This document shows positions 32,095 through 41,405 of a stretch of DNA of 64,000 nt, piece after piece. The stretch's first letter is position 1. Every line of letters starts with the position of its first letter. The DNA lies in the NCBI GenBank assembly GCA_039586795.1, contig JBDHJS010000001.1:96001-160000 (forward strand), in the 5' to 3' direction. Origin of the DNA: Gemmatimonadota bacterium (GTDB taxonomy: Bacteria > Gemmatimonadota > Gemmatimonadetes > Palauibacterales > KS3-K002). The notes beneath the pieces are model-generated. The model saw nothing but the letters and a program-made list of their open reading frames with translations, made no database searches and was not told the origin of the DNA. The position numbers and the translations under genes are program-made.

Positions 32095-32358
32095 GGAACA
32101 GCCCCTCTCCAGTCAGCGTTTTTACGGTTGAGAGAACAGGGCGGCCGGGCACGCGGCTGCATTCCCGTTTTCAAGCGTAGAGTCCATGAGCGCTCCTCGA
32201 GCCTGTTGCTGTACGTATCACTCCGGTCGGTGCGCCGGTACGGCACGGCCTGGACCAGATGGGCGCAGGATGCTCATCTGAGACGCTCTTGAGCCAGGGC
32301 GCCGTACCGGCCGCGACCTGAGATCCAGGTTCGCGGCCGGCACGCGTTTGGGGACGAG

Positions 32359-32469
32359 GTCGTAGGACCATCGTCGGGCGCGGCGTGGTCTCAGGAGCTC
32401 GAAGAAGGGGTCGTGGTGGTCGTGTTTCCTGACGCGGCAGATCGATACTTGAGTCTGAAGCTATGGTAG
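32359..32469 (+). pseudogene. C-terminal remnant of a PLP-dependent cysteine synthase (CysK/CysM-like)
   Basis: Frame reads VVGPSSGAAWSQELEEGVVVVVFPDAADRYLSLKLW*, like the GxSSGA...PDxGxRYLS end of cysteine synthases; in-frame stop at 32290 and no start codon before the motif. Confidence 0.7.
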
Positions 32470-32927
32470 CGGTGACGGAGCTAAAACTTAAGCGACAGAT
32501 CGTTGAACAACTCGCCCAACATGCCGAGGCGGGATACCCGGAAGAGATATGCGGGGGATTGTTCGGCCGCGTTCAGAACGATGGCGCAGCGGATGTCGTG
32601 GAATCAGCGGCCGTGCAAAACGTGAGAGTGGACAATAGACGTCGTCGCTATCTCATCGGACCTGATGATGTGTTACGACTGGAGCAGCATGCCGAAGCGT
32701 CTGGTTTGCAGGTCGTCGGCTATTATCACTCCCACCCGGATGCGCCAGCCGAGCCATCCGAGTTCGACCGCGAGCATGCGTGGCCTTGGTATGCGTACTT
32801 GATCGTGAGCGTCGAAGCAGGCCGACGGCGCGAGACTCGCGCCTGGCGGTTGGCAGACGATCGAGAGCGGTTCCTCCCGGTTTCGATAGACGTGGAAGAA
32901 GAGGTCGACAGCAGGGTAGACAGCTGA
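32463..32927 (+). CDS. JAB/Mov34 (M67, Mec-like) metallopeptidase
   Basis: YPEEICG and YHSHPDAPAEPSEFD (E...HxH...S..D JAMM motif). Confidence 0.92.
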   Translation: MVAVTELKLKRQIVEQLAQHAEAGYPEEICGGLFGRVQNDGAADVVESAAVQNVRVDNRRRRYLIGPDDVLRLEQHAEASGLQVVGYYHSHPDAPAEPSEFDREHAWPWYAYLIVSVEAGRRRETRAWRLADDRERFLPVSIDVEEEVDSRVDS

Positions 32928-34381
32928 TGAACGCGATCAGGATATTCGTTCCGACACCACTTCAACAGTACACCGCTGGCGCCGACGCGGTGGAAGTCGA
33001 CGCTGGGACGGTCGAGGAAGCGCTGGCCGAACTGACGTCCCGCCATGCTGAGCTCCGTCAGCACCTATACGGCGAGGACGGGAGCCTGCGGAGTTTCGTC
33101 AACATCTATCTCAACGACGAGGATATCCGCTACCTTGAAGGTGGGGCTGATACCGGCGTCCGGGACGGTGATGAGATCCGGATCATCCCGTCGATCGCCG
33201 GTGGTCTCGTCACCGTATTGGAGGGGACTGTGGAGCTGAGCCAGGACGAGGTACGCCGCTACGCCCGGCATCTGATCATGCCGGAGGTGGGCGCGGAAGG
33301 CCAGAGAAGACTCAAGAGCGCGCGAGTCCTTATGGTCGGCGCCGGGGGCCTCGGCTCGCCGGCCTCGCTCTATCTGGCGGCCGCCGGTGTCGGCACGTTG
33401 GGCCTGGTGGATTTCGACGTCGTGGAGTTCAGCAATCTGCAACGCCAGGTGATCCACGGCACCCGTGATGTTGGCAGGTCGAAGCTCGATTCGGCGCGCG
33501 AGCGACTGATCGACGTCAACCCCGAGATTCGGATCGAGGGTCATGAAGTGCGGCTGTCGTCGGAAAACGCACTGGAGATTCTCAAGGAATACGACGTCGT
33601 GGTCGACGGCACCGACAACTTCCCCACCCGGTATCTCGTGAACGATGCCTGCGCGCTGCTCGGCAAGCCGAATGTCTACGGTTCGATCTTCCGATTCGAG
33701 GGCCAAGTCTCCGTATTCGACGCGAAAGAAGGTCCCTGCTATCGCTGCCTGTTCCGCGAGCCGCCGCCGCCCGGCCTGGTTCCATCGTGCGCGGAAGGCG
33801 GGGTGCTGGGCGTTTTGCCGGGGATCGTCGGTGCACTGCAGGCGAACGAGACGATCAAGCTGATCATCGGTATTGGCGAGCCGCTCCTCGGCCGTCTTCT
33901 GCTGTTCGATGCGTTGCGGCTGCGGTTCCGAGAGTTGAAGCTGCAGAAGGACCCGGATTGTCCGCTGTGCGGCGAAGCGAAGACCATCCACAAGCTGATC
34001 GACTACGAAGAATTCTGCGGCGTGAGGGCGGCTGCGGCTGAAGACCGACGAGTCCAGGGTCAGGTGCCGGCGATTACCGCCGCAGAACTCAAAGCACGCC
34101 TCGATGCCGGAGACACGCTTCAGATCATCGACGTGCGCGAGCCGCACGAGCTCAACATCGCGCGACTGGATGACGTGGTGGCGATCCCGTTGAGGCAACT
34201 GCCCGACCAGGTACGAAACCTGGACGGACGAACTGACACCGTGGTCATCTGTCGCAGCGGCCACCGAAGCGCGTTTGCCACGCTGTTCCTCCTCGATGCC
34301 GGTTTCCAGAGGGTGTACAACTTGACCGGCGGGCTGCTGGCGTGGTCGGATGACGTTGATCCAACGATGGCCAAGTACTGA
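32927..34381 (+). CDS. moeB: MoaD/ThiS(CysO)-like Ubl fused to MoeB/MoeZ E1 and rhodanese
   Basis: Ubl ending IIPSIAGG (aa 93); RYARH, GAGGLGS, SNLQRQ, DGTDNF, CYRC, CPLC; DVRE...CRSGHRS; TGATG overlap with JAB gene. Confidence 0.92.
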   Translation: MNAIRIFVPTPLQQYTAGADAVEVDAGTVEEALAELTSRHAELRQHLYGEDGSLRSFVNIYLNDEDIRYLEGGADTGVRDGDEIRIIPSIAGGLVTVLEGTVELSQDEVRRYARHLIMPEVGAEGQRRLKSARVLMVGAGGLGSPASLYLAAAGVGTLGLVDFDVVEFSNLQRQVIHGTRDVGRSKLDSARERLIDVNPEIRIEGHEVRLSSENALEILKEYDVVVDGTDNFPTRYLVNDACALLGKPNVYGSIFRFEGQVSVFDAKEGPCYRCLFREPPPPGLVPSCAEGGVLGVLPGIVGALQANETIKLIIGIGEPLLGRLLLFDALRLRFRELKLQKDPDCPLCGEAKTIHKLIDYEEFCGVRAAAAEDRRVQGQVPAITAAELKARLDAGDTLQIIDVREPHELNIARLDDVVAIPLRQLPDQVRNLDGRTDTVVICRSGHRSAFATLFLLDAGFQRVYNLTGGLLAWSDDVDPTMAKY

Positions 34382-34385
34382 TTAG

Positions 34386-35177
34386 ATGGCCCACAGATAC
34401 TTTCACAACGAGCCGATGGTGTTGGCGCACCGTGGTGCTTCCGCCTACGCGCCGGATCATTCACTGGAAGCAATCGAACTCGCACTTGAGCAGGGTGCCG
34501 ACGCCATCGAGGTCGACGTCCATCTCACCAAAGATGGCCACCCGGTTCTCCACCACGGCGGCGACATGTCAGAGAACACCCAGGCCAGTGGACCGGTCGG
34601 GAGTTTCACCCTGGAGGAGCTACGAGCCCTCGATGCCGGCTACCGTTTCACGCCTGACAACGGCGCGACATTTCCGCATCGGGGAAGAGGACACACGGTC
34701 GTTACTGTGGCCGAGGCGTTGGAGACCTTCCCGACCGTGCGCTTCAACCTCGATATCAAGGAGCGACGCGCTGCCGCTGCGACACGCCAACTAATAGACA
34801 GGTACGACGCGAGCGACCGAGTCTTGCTGGCCGCCTTCTATTCGTGGCAGAGAGCGCCGGCGATCAGCGGCTACGCCGGGCCGCGGAGCATCACCCTAGA
34901 CCAGATGCTGCCGCTGCAACTGCTCCATTGGGTTCGCCTCGACAGGCTCTGGCCGATCCACGTCGATGCGTTTCAACTTCCCGAGGTGCATTGGGGCTTC
35001 CGAGTCGTGACACCGCGCCTCATCACGTCCGCCCACCAGCGAGGGATCCGCGTTCACGTCTGGACCGTCGATGATGAACGAGACATGGAGCGGTTGCTTG
35101 ACTGGGGAGTGGACGGCATCATCACCAACAAGCCTGACACAGCCGTGCAGGCACGTTCTCGTCGCCAGCGCCCCTAA
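34386..35177 (+). CDS. Glycerophosphodiester phosphodiesterase
   Basis: AHRGAS, EVDVHLTKDG, NLDIK, VHVWTVDD, GVDGIITN. Confidence 0.92.
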   Translation: MAHRYFHNEPMVLAHRGASAYAPDHSLEAIELALEQGADAIEVDVHLTKDGHPVLHHGGDMSENTQASGPVGSFTLEELRALDAGYRFTPDNGATFPHRGRGHTVVTVAEALETFPTVRFNLDIKERRAAAATRQLIDRYDASDRVLLAAFYSWQRAPAISGYAGPRSITLDQMLPLQLLHWVRLDRLWPIHVDAFQLPEVHWGFRVVTPRLITSAHQRGIRVHVWTVDDERDMERLLDWGVDGIITNKPDTAVQARSRRQRP

Positions 35178-35194
35178 CGGGAGATAAGACGGTA

Positions 35195-36382
35195 ATGCGG
35201 TACGACCGCTCGGCCGGCACTTTTCTCTTTCGAATAGCTGCCAGCCTCGCACTGTTCGCGCTTATGCCGGGTGATGCCATGAGTCAAAGCGATCGACCCC
35301 GGGCGCGTGACATAGGTGTCGCGCCCGGAATCTTCGAACCTGGCGCTCACAACGCCATCACCGATGTGGCCGGCGTCAGGGTCGGCCACTCAACGGTGTG
35401 GCAGGGCGATTCGGTACGTACCGGCGTCACCATGATTCTGCCCCACGCCGGTGATCTGTTTCATGACCGGGTACCCGCGGCCATTCACACGGCCAACGGT
35501 TTCGGGAAGCTTCTCGGCGTGACCCAGGTTCAGGAGCTGGGAGAGCTGGAAACGCCGATCGCCTTGACCTGTACCCTGTGCGTGTGGACCGTCGCCGACG
35601 CCATGGTCGACTACCTGCTGGCCCGCACCGGAATGGAGAACGTTCGTTCTATCAACCCGGTGGTGGGAGAAACCAACGACGGATTCCTGAACGATATCCG
35701 CAGGCGCGCCGTGCGATCCGAACATGTCGTCACCGCCCTGGAATCGGCGGCAGAGGGGCCAGTGGAGGAAGGTGCGGTTGGAGCGGGAACCGGGACTCGG
35801 GCATTTGGCTGGAAAGGCGGTATCGGGACAAGCTCGCGCACGGTGCCCGACGACCTGGGCGGATGGACGGTCGGAGTCCTGGTTCAGTCCAACTTCGGTG
35901 GCGTTCTGAACATCATGGGGGCTCCGGTCGGGCGTGAGCTGGGCCGATATATTTTCCGGCGTTCCGTGGAACCGGATGCGGAGGGCGGCGTTGAGGATCC
36001 TGGCGACGGCTCGATCATGATCGTCGTCGCCACAGACGCTCCCCTTTCGCCGGGCAACCTGGAACGCCTGGCGAAGCGGGCGATCAACGGGCTCGCGCGC
36101 ACCGGGTCGCCAGGCACCAACGGCAGTGGTGACTACGTCATCGCCTTCTCCACAGCCGAATCAGTGCGTAGAAGAGGGGATGACGAATCGCCGCGGACGA
36201 TAGAAGACCTTCCGAACTCCGCCATGTCCCCGCTGTTCCAGGCCACAGTGGAGGCGACGGAAGAGGCGATCTACAATTCGATGTTCAAGGCGATCACCGT
36301 GCGTGGGCACCGAGGTGAAGCCCAGGCGTTGCCGATTCAGGAGACACTCGACATACTGGAGTCATACGGCATCAGGAGGTAA
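35195..36382 (+). CDS. DmpA/P1 (S58) family aminopeptidase
   Basis: NAITDVAGVRVGH, NGFGK, GAVGAGTG, KGGIGTSSR, NG|SGD autoprocessing site. Confidence 0.92.
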   Translation: MRYDRSAGTFLFRIAASLALFALMPGDAMSQSDRPRARDIGVAPGIFEPGAHNAITDVAGVRVGHSTVWQGDSVRTGVTMILPHAGDLFHDRVPAAIHTANGFGKLLGVTQVQELGELETPIALTCTLCVWTVADAMVDYLLARTGMENVRSINPVVGETNDGFLNDIRRRAVRSEHVVTALESAAEGPVEEGAVGAGTGTRAFGWKGGIGTSSRTVPDDLGGWTVGVLVQSNFGGVLNIMGAPVGRELGRYIFRRSVEPDAEGGVEDPGDGSIMIVVATDAPLSPGNLERLAKRAINGLARTGSPGTNGSGDYVIAFSTAESVRRRGDDESPRTIEDLPNSAMSPLFQATVEATEEAIYNSMFKAITVRGHRGEAQALPIQETLDILESYGIRR

Positions 36383-36387
36383 CCTGT

Positions 36388-36591
36388 ATGGCAGACTACA
36401 AAGGTCAGGAGCGTCGGTCGAATTCCGAGCTTCGCGAGCGATTGGACCAGATCATCGAGCTGGCCCGGAACCTCAACCGCCGAGGGTCCGAGATGTCGCG
36501 CGAGGAGTTGGACGAAGCGCGAATGCGGACGGAGTGGCTGTCGGAGGAGATCTGGGCGGCGGCGGTCTACGGACCGATAGAGCAGAGATGA
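36388..36591 (+). CDS. Small hypothetical protein
   Basis: AGGAGG RBS; 67-aa helical protein with YKGQERR start. Confidence 0.65.
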   Translation: MADYKGQERRSNSELRERLDQIIELARNLNRRGSEMSREELDEARMRTEWLSEEIWAAAVYGPIEQR

Positions 36592-36738
36592 GGACCGGGC
36601 CGAACCGGCCCGGCCAGACCACCACGAAGCGCGCCGCATAACCCGACGACGCTTCTCTGTGTCTTGAACTGCAAGAGTCTCCGCCCACCCGCAGGGTCAG
36701 CCCACCCTCACAGCCCTGCACACTAAGATCTGAAGAAG

Positions 36739-38409
36739 TTAACCGTCGTGGCCCGGAGCAGCGGCGCTGGCGCTCTGCGATAGCGATACGGCCGACGCCT
36801 CGGGGAGGTGGATCTGCCAGACTCCCGTGACGTCCTCGAGCGAAGCCAGCTGCTCGATAACCGACCGCTGCACGGTACTATCAACCGTCAAGGTGGCCAG
36901 GGCATCGCCGCCGGCTTCGAGGCGCGACTGATGGTACTCGGCGATGTTGATGCCTGCGTCGCCCAACACGCTACCTACTCTGCCGATGACGCCGGGGACG
37001 TCACGGTTGCTGAGTACGATGATGTTGCCGCGTGGTTGGATATCGACACGATAATCCCCGATGCGTGTAACCCTCGGGTGGTTCTCGGAGAGCAACACAC
37101 CCGCGACGCTGAGCGAGTCGTCCGGCGTACGGAGCCGGAGCTCGATGCGCTCTTCATCCCCCGCACCAGATCCTATCCACGCCGGTGTTACCCTCACACC
37201 GCGATCCGACGCAACGTGGAGCGCGTTGACCATCGTGAGCGGAACATCAACGATATCGCACAACAGACCTTGCGCCGCGGCGGCAGTGACGGCGGGCAAC
37301 GCTTCCTCATGTTCGCCGCCATAGCGGACCTGTAGTGACTTGAAGCTTCCCCTGGCAAGACCGCACAACAGCCGCGCCAGTCGGTGCGCGAGATTGAGCA
37401 GGGGCGCGATGTCGGCGTGGCTCCCGAAAGTCATCTCCGGAACGTTGACGGCAGCACGTAACCTCGCGGCGAGCAAGGCATCACGAACGGCTTCGCAAAT
37501 TTCGACGGCGACGCTGGTCTGCGCTTCGCGGGTGGCAGCACCGATATGCGGAACGGCGACGACGTTGTACAACTGGAGAAGCGGGTTGTCCTCCGACGGC
37601 GGCTCTTGTTCGTACACATCGAGTGCAGCGCCGGCGAGTTGTCCAGACTGCAGCGCTTCTGCCAATGCCGCTTCGTCGACGACGCCTCCTCTTGCGGCGT
37701 TGACCAAGTAGGCTGACGGCTTCATGAGGGCGAATTCTTCGGCGCCAATCATCCCGTGGGTTTCGTCCGTGAGCGGCGTGTGTACCGAGACGACGTCGGC
37801 GGTCTCGAGCAGATCGGGCAGAGTGACCAGCTCCATTCCAACCTGCTCGGCGCGCTCGCGTGAGAGGTACGGGTCGTAGGCGATGACGCGCATGCCGAAA
37901 GCTCTGGCGCGCTTCGCGACCTCGGAACCGATTCGCCCGGCGCCGGCAAGGCCCAACGTCTTACCGTAGAGCTCGATACCCTTGAATTTGCTTCTCTTCC
38001 ATTCACCGCGGGCCACTGAGGCATCGGCCTGCGGAATGCTGCGGACCATGGCAAGGATCAGAGCCAGAGTGTGCTCGGCGACGGAGATAACGTTTCCGCC
38101 TGGTGCATTCAGCACGATGATGCCTCGGCGCGTGGCGTAATCGACATCGATATTATCAACGCCAACGCCCGCACGACCGATGACCTTGAGTCGATCGGCA
38201 TGCTCGAGGATCTCGGCGGTCAAGCGTGTCCGACTTCGCACGATCACAGCATCATAATCGCCAATGATCGTCTTCAGCTCGGCCGGTTCGATATCGGTTT
38301 GCGCGTCGAGCTCGATGCGGTCGCTGTCCTCGAGCTTCGCTACGCCTTCGCTGGCGATCTCATCCGCCAGCAACACTTTGAACAGTTCTTGTCCCTCTGC
38401 CATCATCAT
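36739..38409 (-). CDS. serA: D-3-phosphoglycerate dehydrogenase with ASB/ACT domains
   Basis: GRAGVGVDNID, GAGRIG, VNAARGG, LDVY, PHIGAAT, ACT motif NRDVPGVIG...INIA. Confidence 0.93.
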   Translation of the reverse strand: MMMAEGQELFKVLLADEIASEGVAKLEDSDRIELDAQTDIEPAELKTIIGDYDAVIVRSRTRLTAEILEHADRLKVIGRAGVGVDNIDVDYATRRGIIVLNAPGGNVISVAEHTLALILAMVRSIPQADASVARGEWKRSKFKGIELYGKTLGLAGAGRIGSEVAKRARAFGMRVIAYDPYLSRERAEQVGMELVTLPDLLETADVVSVHTPLTDETHGMIGAEEFALMKPSAYLVNAARGGVVDEAALAEALQSGQLAGAALDVYEQEPPSEDNPLLQLYNVVAVPHIGAATREAQTSVAVEICEAVRDALLAARLRAAVNVPEMTFGSHADIAPLLNLAHRLARLLCGLARGSFKSLQVRYGGEHEEALPAVTAAAAQGLLCDIVDVPLTMVNALHVASDRGVRVTPAWIGSGAGDEERIELRLRTPDDSLSVAGVLLSENHPRVTRIGDYRVDIQPRGNIIVLSNRDVPGVIGRVGSVLGDAGINIAEYHQSRLEAGGDALATLTVDSTVQRSVIEQLASLEDVTGVWQIHLPEASAVSLSQSASAAAPGHDG

Positions 38410-38472
38410 CTTTGGTCGCACTCCCCCTGTATTCCCGGACCCGTGACCCCCTACAAACTCGAGAACTGACCC

Positions 38473-39570
38473 TCAGTTCCCCAACAAGACTTCAGTCAGA
38501 TTCTCGAGTAGCTCTTCAAGCTCGTCCAACGTGTGGTCACCCATGTGGCCGATCCTGAACGTCGATTCACGCAGCTTACCGTATCCCGAGGCGATCGTGA
38601 AGCCGCGTTCGGCCATCTGCCGCGTGATCTCGACGCCGCTCCTGCCATCCGGAACACGTATGCAGGTAACGCTGGGCGAGCGTCGTCCTTCTGCCGCCAA
38701 CACGGAGACGTCGAGGCCGTGCTGATCGTTCAGCTCGTCCACCCAGCGCCAGGTCCGCTCTGCCATCGCCCGGTGACGCGCCCAGCGCGACTCGAGACCT
38801 TCGGAAGCGATTCGCTCCAATTGAGCGTCCAGAGCGAAGATCAGAGACGATGCCGGAGTATTCGGTGTCTGGTTCTTCTCCACCGCGGCCTCGAACGCTT
38901 CGAAGCTGAAATAGATTCCGCGGTCGGCCATTTCGCGCGAACGATCGAGCGCCCTCAGAGACGCCGCGCCAAAGGCGAGGCCGGGCGGCAGAGCCATGCC
39001 CTTCTGGGATCCGGTGAGGGCGAAGTCGAGCCCCCAATCGTCGGTCTCGACACGAGCCGCTCCGATCGATGTAACACAGTCCACCAGCACGAGGGTGTTC
39101 GGCGATATTTCCCGCACGGCGCTGGCGATATTATCGATCGGATTCAGCACGCCGGTTGACGTCTCGGAGTGCACCACGGTGATCGCGTCGTAATCTCCTG
39201 AGGAAAGAGCCTCCCTGAACGAAGCGGGCTCGTTCGTCTGGCCCATGTCCACATCGACTCGATCCGCATGCTTGCCACAGGCGACGGCAATCTTGTGGAA
39301 CCGTTCGCTGAACGCGCCGCACACGAGACTTAGCACGCGCCGCTGGACACAATTGCGAATCGCCGCTTCCATCAACCCGGTGGCCGACGACGTCGAGACG
39401 TAGACCGGTCGTTCGGTACGGAACAGCTCACGAAGCCTGGGCTGCACGCGCTCCATGAGCGCTTCCATCTCCGGGCCGCGGTGTCCAATGACCGGCCGAT
39501 CCATCGCCCGCAACACCTCAGGCCGCACTTCCGTGGGGCCCGGCAGAAAATACTTGCCGTAATCGCTCAA
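38473..39570 (-). CDS. Class V PLP aminotransferase (AGT/SerC-like)
   Basis: LPGPT, IGHR, HSETSTG, VDCVTS, GSQKG, FRIGHMG; TTG 39570 preferred start. Confidence 0.9.
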   Translation of the reverse strand: MSDYGKYFLPGPTEVRPEVLRAMDRPVIGHRGPEMEALMERVQPRLRELFRTERPVYVSTSSATGLMEAAIRNCVQRRVLSLVCGAFSERFHKIAVACGKHADRVDVDMGQTNEPASFREALSSGDYDAITVVHSETSTGVLNPIDNIASAVREISPNTLVLVDCVTSIGAARVETDDWGLDFALTGSQKGMALPPGLAFGAASLRALDRSREMADRGIYFSFEAFEAAVEKNQTPNTPASSLIFALDAQLERIASEGLESRWARHRAMAERTWRWVDELNDQHGLDVSVLAAEGRRSPSVTCIRVPDGRSGVEITRQMAERGFTIASGYGKLRESTFRIGHMGDHTLDELEELLENLTEVLLGN

Positions 39571-39591
39571 TTCAGTCAAAGGTGCTTGGTC

Positions 39592-39632
39592 AAAAAAAAA
39601 GAAAAGACGAACGGCACTCGCATGACGTTCGC
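39592..39632 (-). terminator. Intrinsic terminator in the leader of the aminotransferase-serA operon
   Basis: Minus strand GCGAACG-UCAU-GCGA-GUGC-CGUUCGU followed by CUUUUCUUUUUUUUU. Confidence 0.7.
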
Positions 39633-39745
39633 TACGCGACAAACCAAAGCTGCCTTGCCTGCTTCAACTTCCCTTCGGAGTTCCAGGGTCCGGTTCCCTT
39701 TACCCCCCGCTCGAATCCCCTAGATTATCGCTCGTTTCCGATACA

Positions 39746-40519
39746 ATGCAACCCATGAGCAGGAAGACACGGCAACAAATGAGTAAGCAGAGAAAGCCCT
39801 CCGCCTCAGCACACCAGAAATGCCCCGGTTGCGGTGCGAAGTACGATGCGAATGACCGATTCTGCCGGGAGTGCGGGACACCCCTGCAGGGTTCGGCGAA
39901 GCCGAACGGACGACCACGGGGACTGACGGGCCTACGGGCGTTTGGGCTAGCGGCGATCGCGTTGGCCGTGGTCTACGCATTCATCTATTTCGGCGGCAAA
40001 GAAGAGAGCCGACCGCAATCGCAGCGGATCGATTTCGGCGATATCGGCGCGAGCGGTGGAGCCACTTCAGCACTCTCGGAGCGCGGCTCGGCGGATCAGC
40101 TGTTCAACCAGGCGATGTACGCCTACGAGACCGGTGACGAAGCGGGGGCTGCACAGTTCATCCCGAGTTCGCTGGCCGCGTATCGGGGCCTCGATACGAT
40201 CGACCTTGACGGGCGATACCACATTGCGCTTCTGGAGCTGGCGGCAGGCCGTCCCGAACTGGCCGTAGCACAAGCGGACACAATCCTTGCGGAAGCACCG
40301 GATCACCTGCTCGGGCTGGTCGTGACGGCGCGAGCCTATGAGGCGTTGGGTCAGGAGCGTCGGGCGATTGAGTACTATCAGCGATTCCTTGCCGCGTACA
40401 CGCCTGACGCGGCAGCCACGCGAACCGAGTATTTAGACCACTCGGGAGCGCTCCCGTCGCGGCGCGATCATGCGCGACGTTATTTGGAGGAAAGAGGCAT
40501 CAGTCCGGAGGGTCAGTGA
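39746..40519 (+). CDS. Zinc-ribbon, TM, TPR protein
   Basis: CPGCG...FCRECG; one TM helix; TPR-like helices (APDHLLGL); start may be 39755 or 39779. Confidence 0.75.
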   Translation: MQPMSRKTRQQMSKQRKPSASAHQKCPGCGAKYDANDRFCRECGTPLQGSAKPNGRPRGLTGLRAFGLAAIALAVVYAFIYFGGKEESRPQSQRIDFGDIGASGGATSALSERGSADQLFNQAMYAYETGDEAGAAQFIPSSLAAYRGLDTIDLDGRYHIALLELAAGRPELAVAQADTILAEAPDHLLGLVVTARAYEALGQERRAIEYYQRFLAAYTPDAAATRTEYLDHSGALPSRRDHARRYLEERGISPEGQ

Positions 40520-40953
40520 TGAAGTCACACACGGCGTACAAGATGTTCGAAACAACAAACCAGCAGGAGATCATCCATATCACGCCCTGGGTTTCCGAGG
40601 AGCTGCAGAGCAGTGGGATCCGAGAAGGGCTGTGCCTGGTGAGCGCCATGCACATCACCGCGTCCGTGTTCGTCAACGACAACGAATCGGGCCTTCATCA
40701 AGACATCCTCGATTGGCTGGAAGGCGACTTGGCGCCCTGGGGGGCACACCCCGGCCGAAAAGACGACTACTTACACAACAGGACCGGAGAAGACAACGGC
40801 GCGGCCCACCTTCGCAACCTGACGATAGGTCACGAGGTAGTGGTCCCCGTGACGAATGGAGATCTCGATCTCGGACCCTGGCAACGGATCTTCTACGGCG
40901 AGTGGGACGGCAGGCGGCCAAAGAGGGTCGTGATAAAGATCATCGGCGAATGA
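40519..40953 (+). CDS. yjbQ: YjbQ/UPF0047 family protein
   Basis: HITAS, ND-x-[25 protein letters not shown]. Confidence 0.9.
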   Translation: MKSHTAYKMFETTNQQEIIHITPWVSEELQSSGIREGLCLVSAMHITASVFVNDNESGLHQDILDWLEGDLAPWGAHPGRKDDYLHNRTGEDNGAAHLRNLTIGHEVVVPVTNGDLDLGPWQRIFYGEWDGRRPKRVVIKIIGE

Positions 40954-41015
40954 GCAGCGTCGAAGCGTTTTGCGGACTTTCCCGAAGCGACTGTCTGCCC
41001 TAGATTTGCGTCGCG

Positions 41016-41255
41016 ATGATGAGAGACCGGCTCAACCCACGGATGGTAGCGATCCGCGACTGGCTGTACCCGCAGGAGATCAGTCCGGGCCATCGCGTCC
41101 GCTGTCAGTTGCCGGGTTGCCACGCCGTGCTCGGGCGTAGCGGCCACCATCTGCGGTTTCGCTCGCTTCGGCGAAGCGACTCTGCACTGCCACCCGAGTG
41201 GGTAGGCTGGCACTGCAGTCGCTGCGGTCATCTGAACGTTTACTGCCCGATCTAG
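41016..41255 (+). CDS. Small Cys-rich putative zinc-finger protein
   Basis: CQLPGC...CSRCGHLN. Confidence 0.5.
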   Translation: MMRDRLNPRMVAIRDWLYPQEISPGHRVRCQLPGCHAVLGRSGHHLRFRSLRRSDSALPPEWVGWHCSRCGHLNVYCPI

Positions 41256-41405
41256 CCCGCGATCCGGGTGCGAACCTCCGCTCCCCCGCACGGCGAAGCA
41301 GCAACCCAGTCGTAGCGAGCCCAGCCGACCGGCTCGCCGTTGGTCATGCGGGGTGCAATCCTCTAACGCAGACGAAGCGCCCCGGCACAGAAGCAGAGGT
41401 TGTCA

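Noticed and set aside
32780..32926. Longer start for the MoeB fusion
   Set aside because: Overlaps the JAB gene; TGATG coupling gives ATG 32927
32463..34381. CBASS/Bil-type antiphage ubiquitin system
   Set aside because: No E2, CD-NTase or effector; rhodanese and the cysteine synthase remnant point to sulfur relay
41256..41400. SRP RNA or riboswitch (GAAGCAGC, nested stems)
   Set aside because: Lacks the CAGG-GNRA-AGCA SRP geometry; such stems are expected at this GC content
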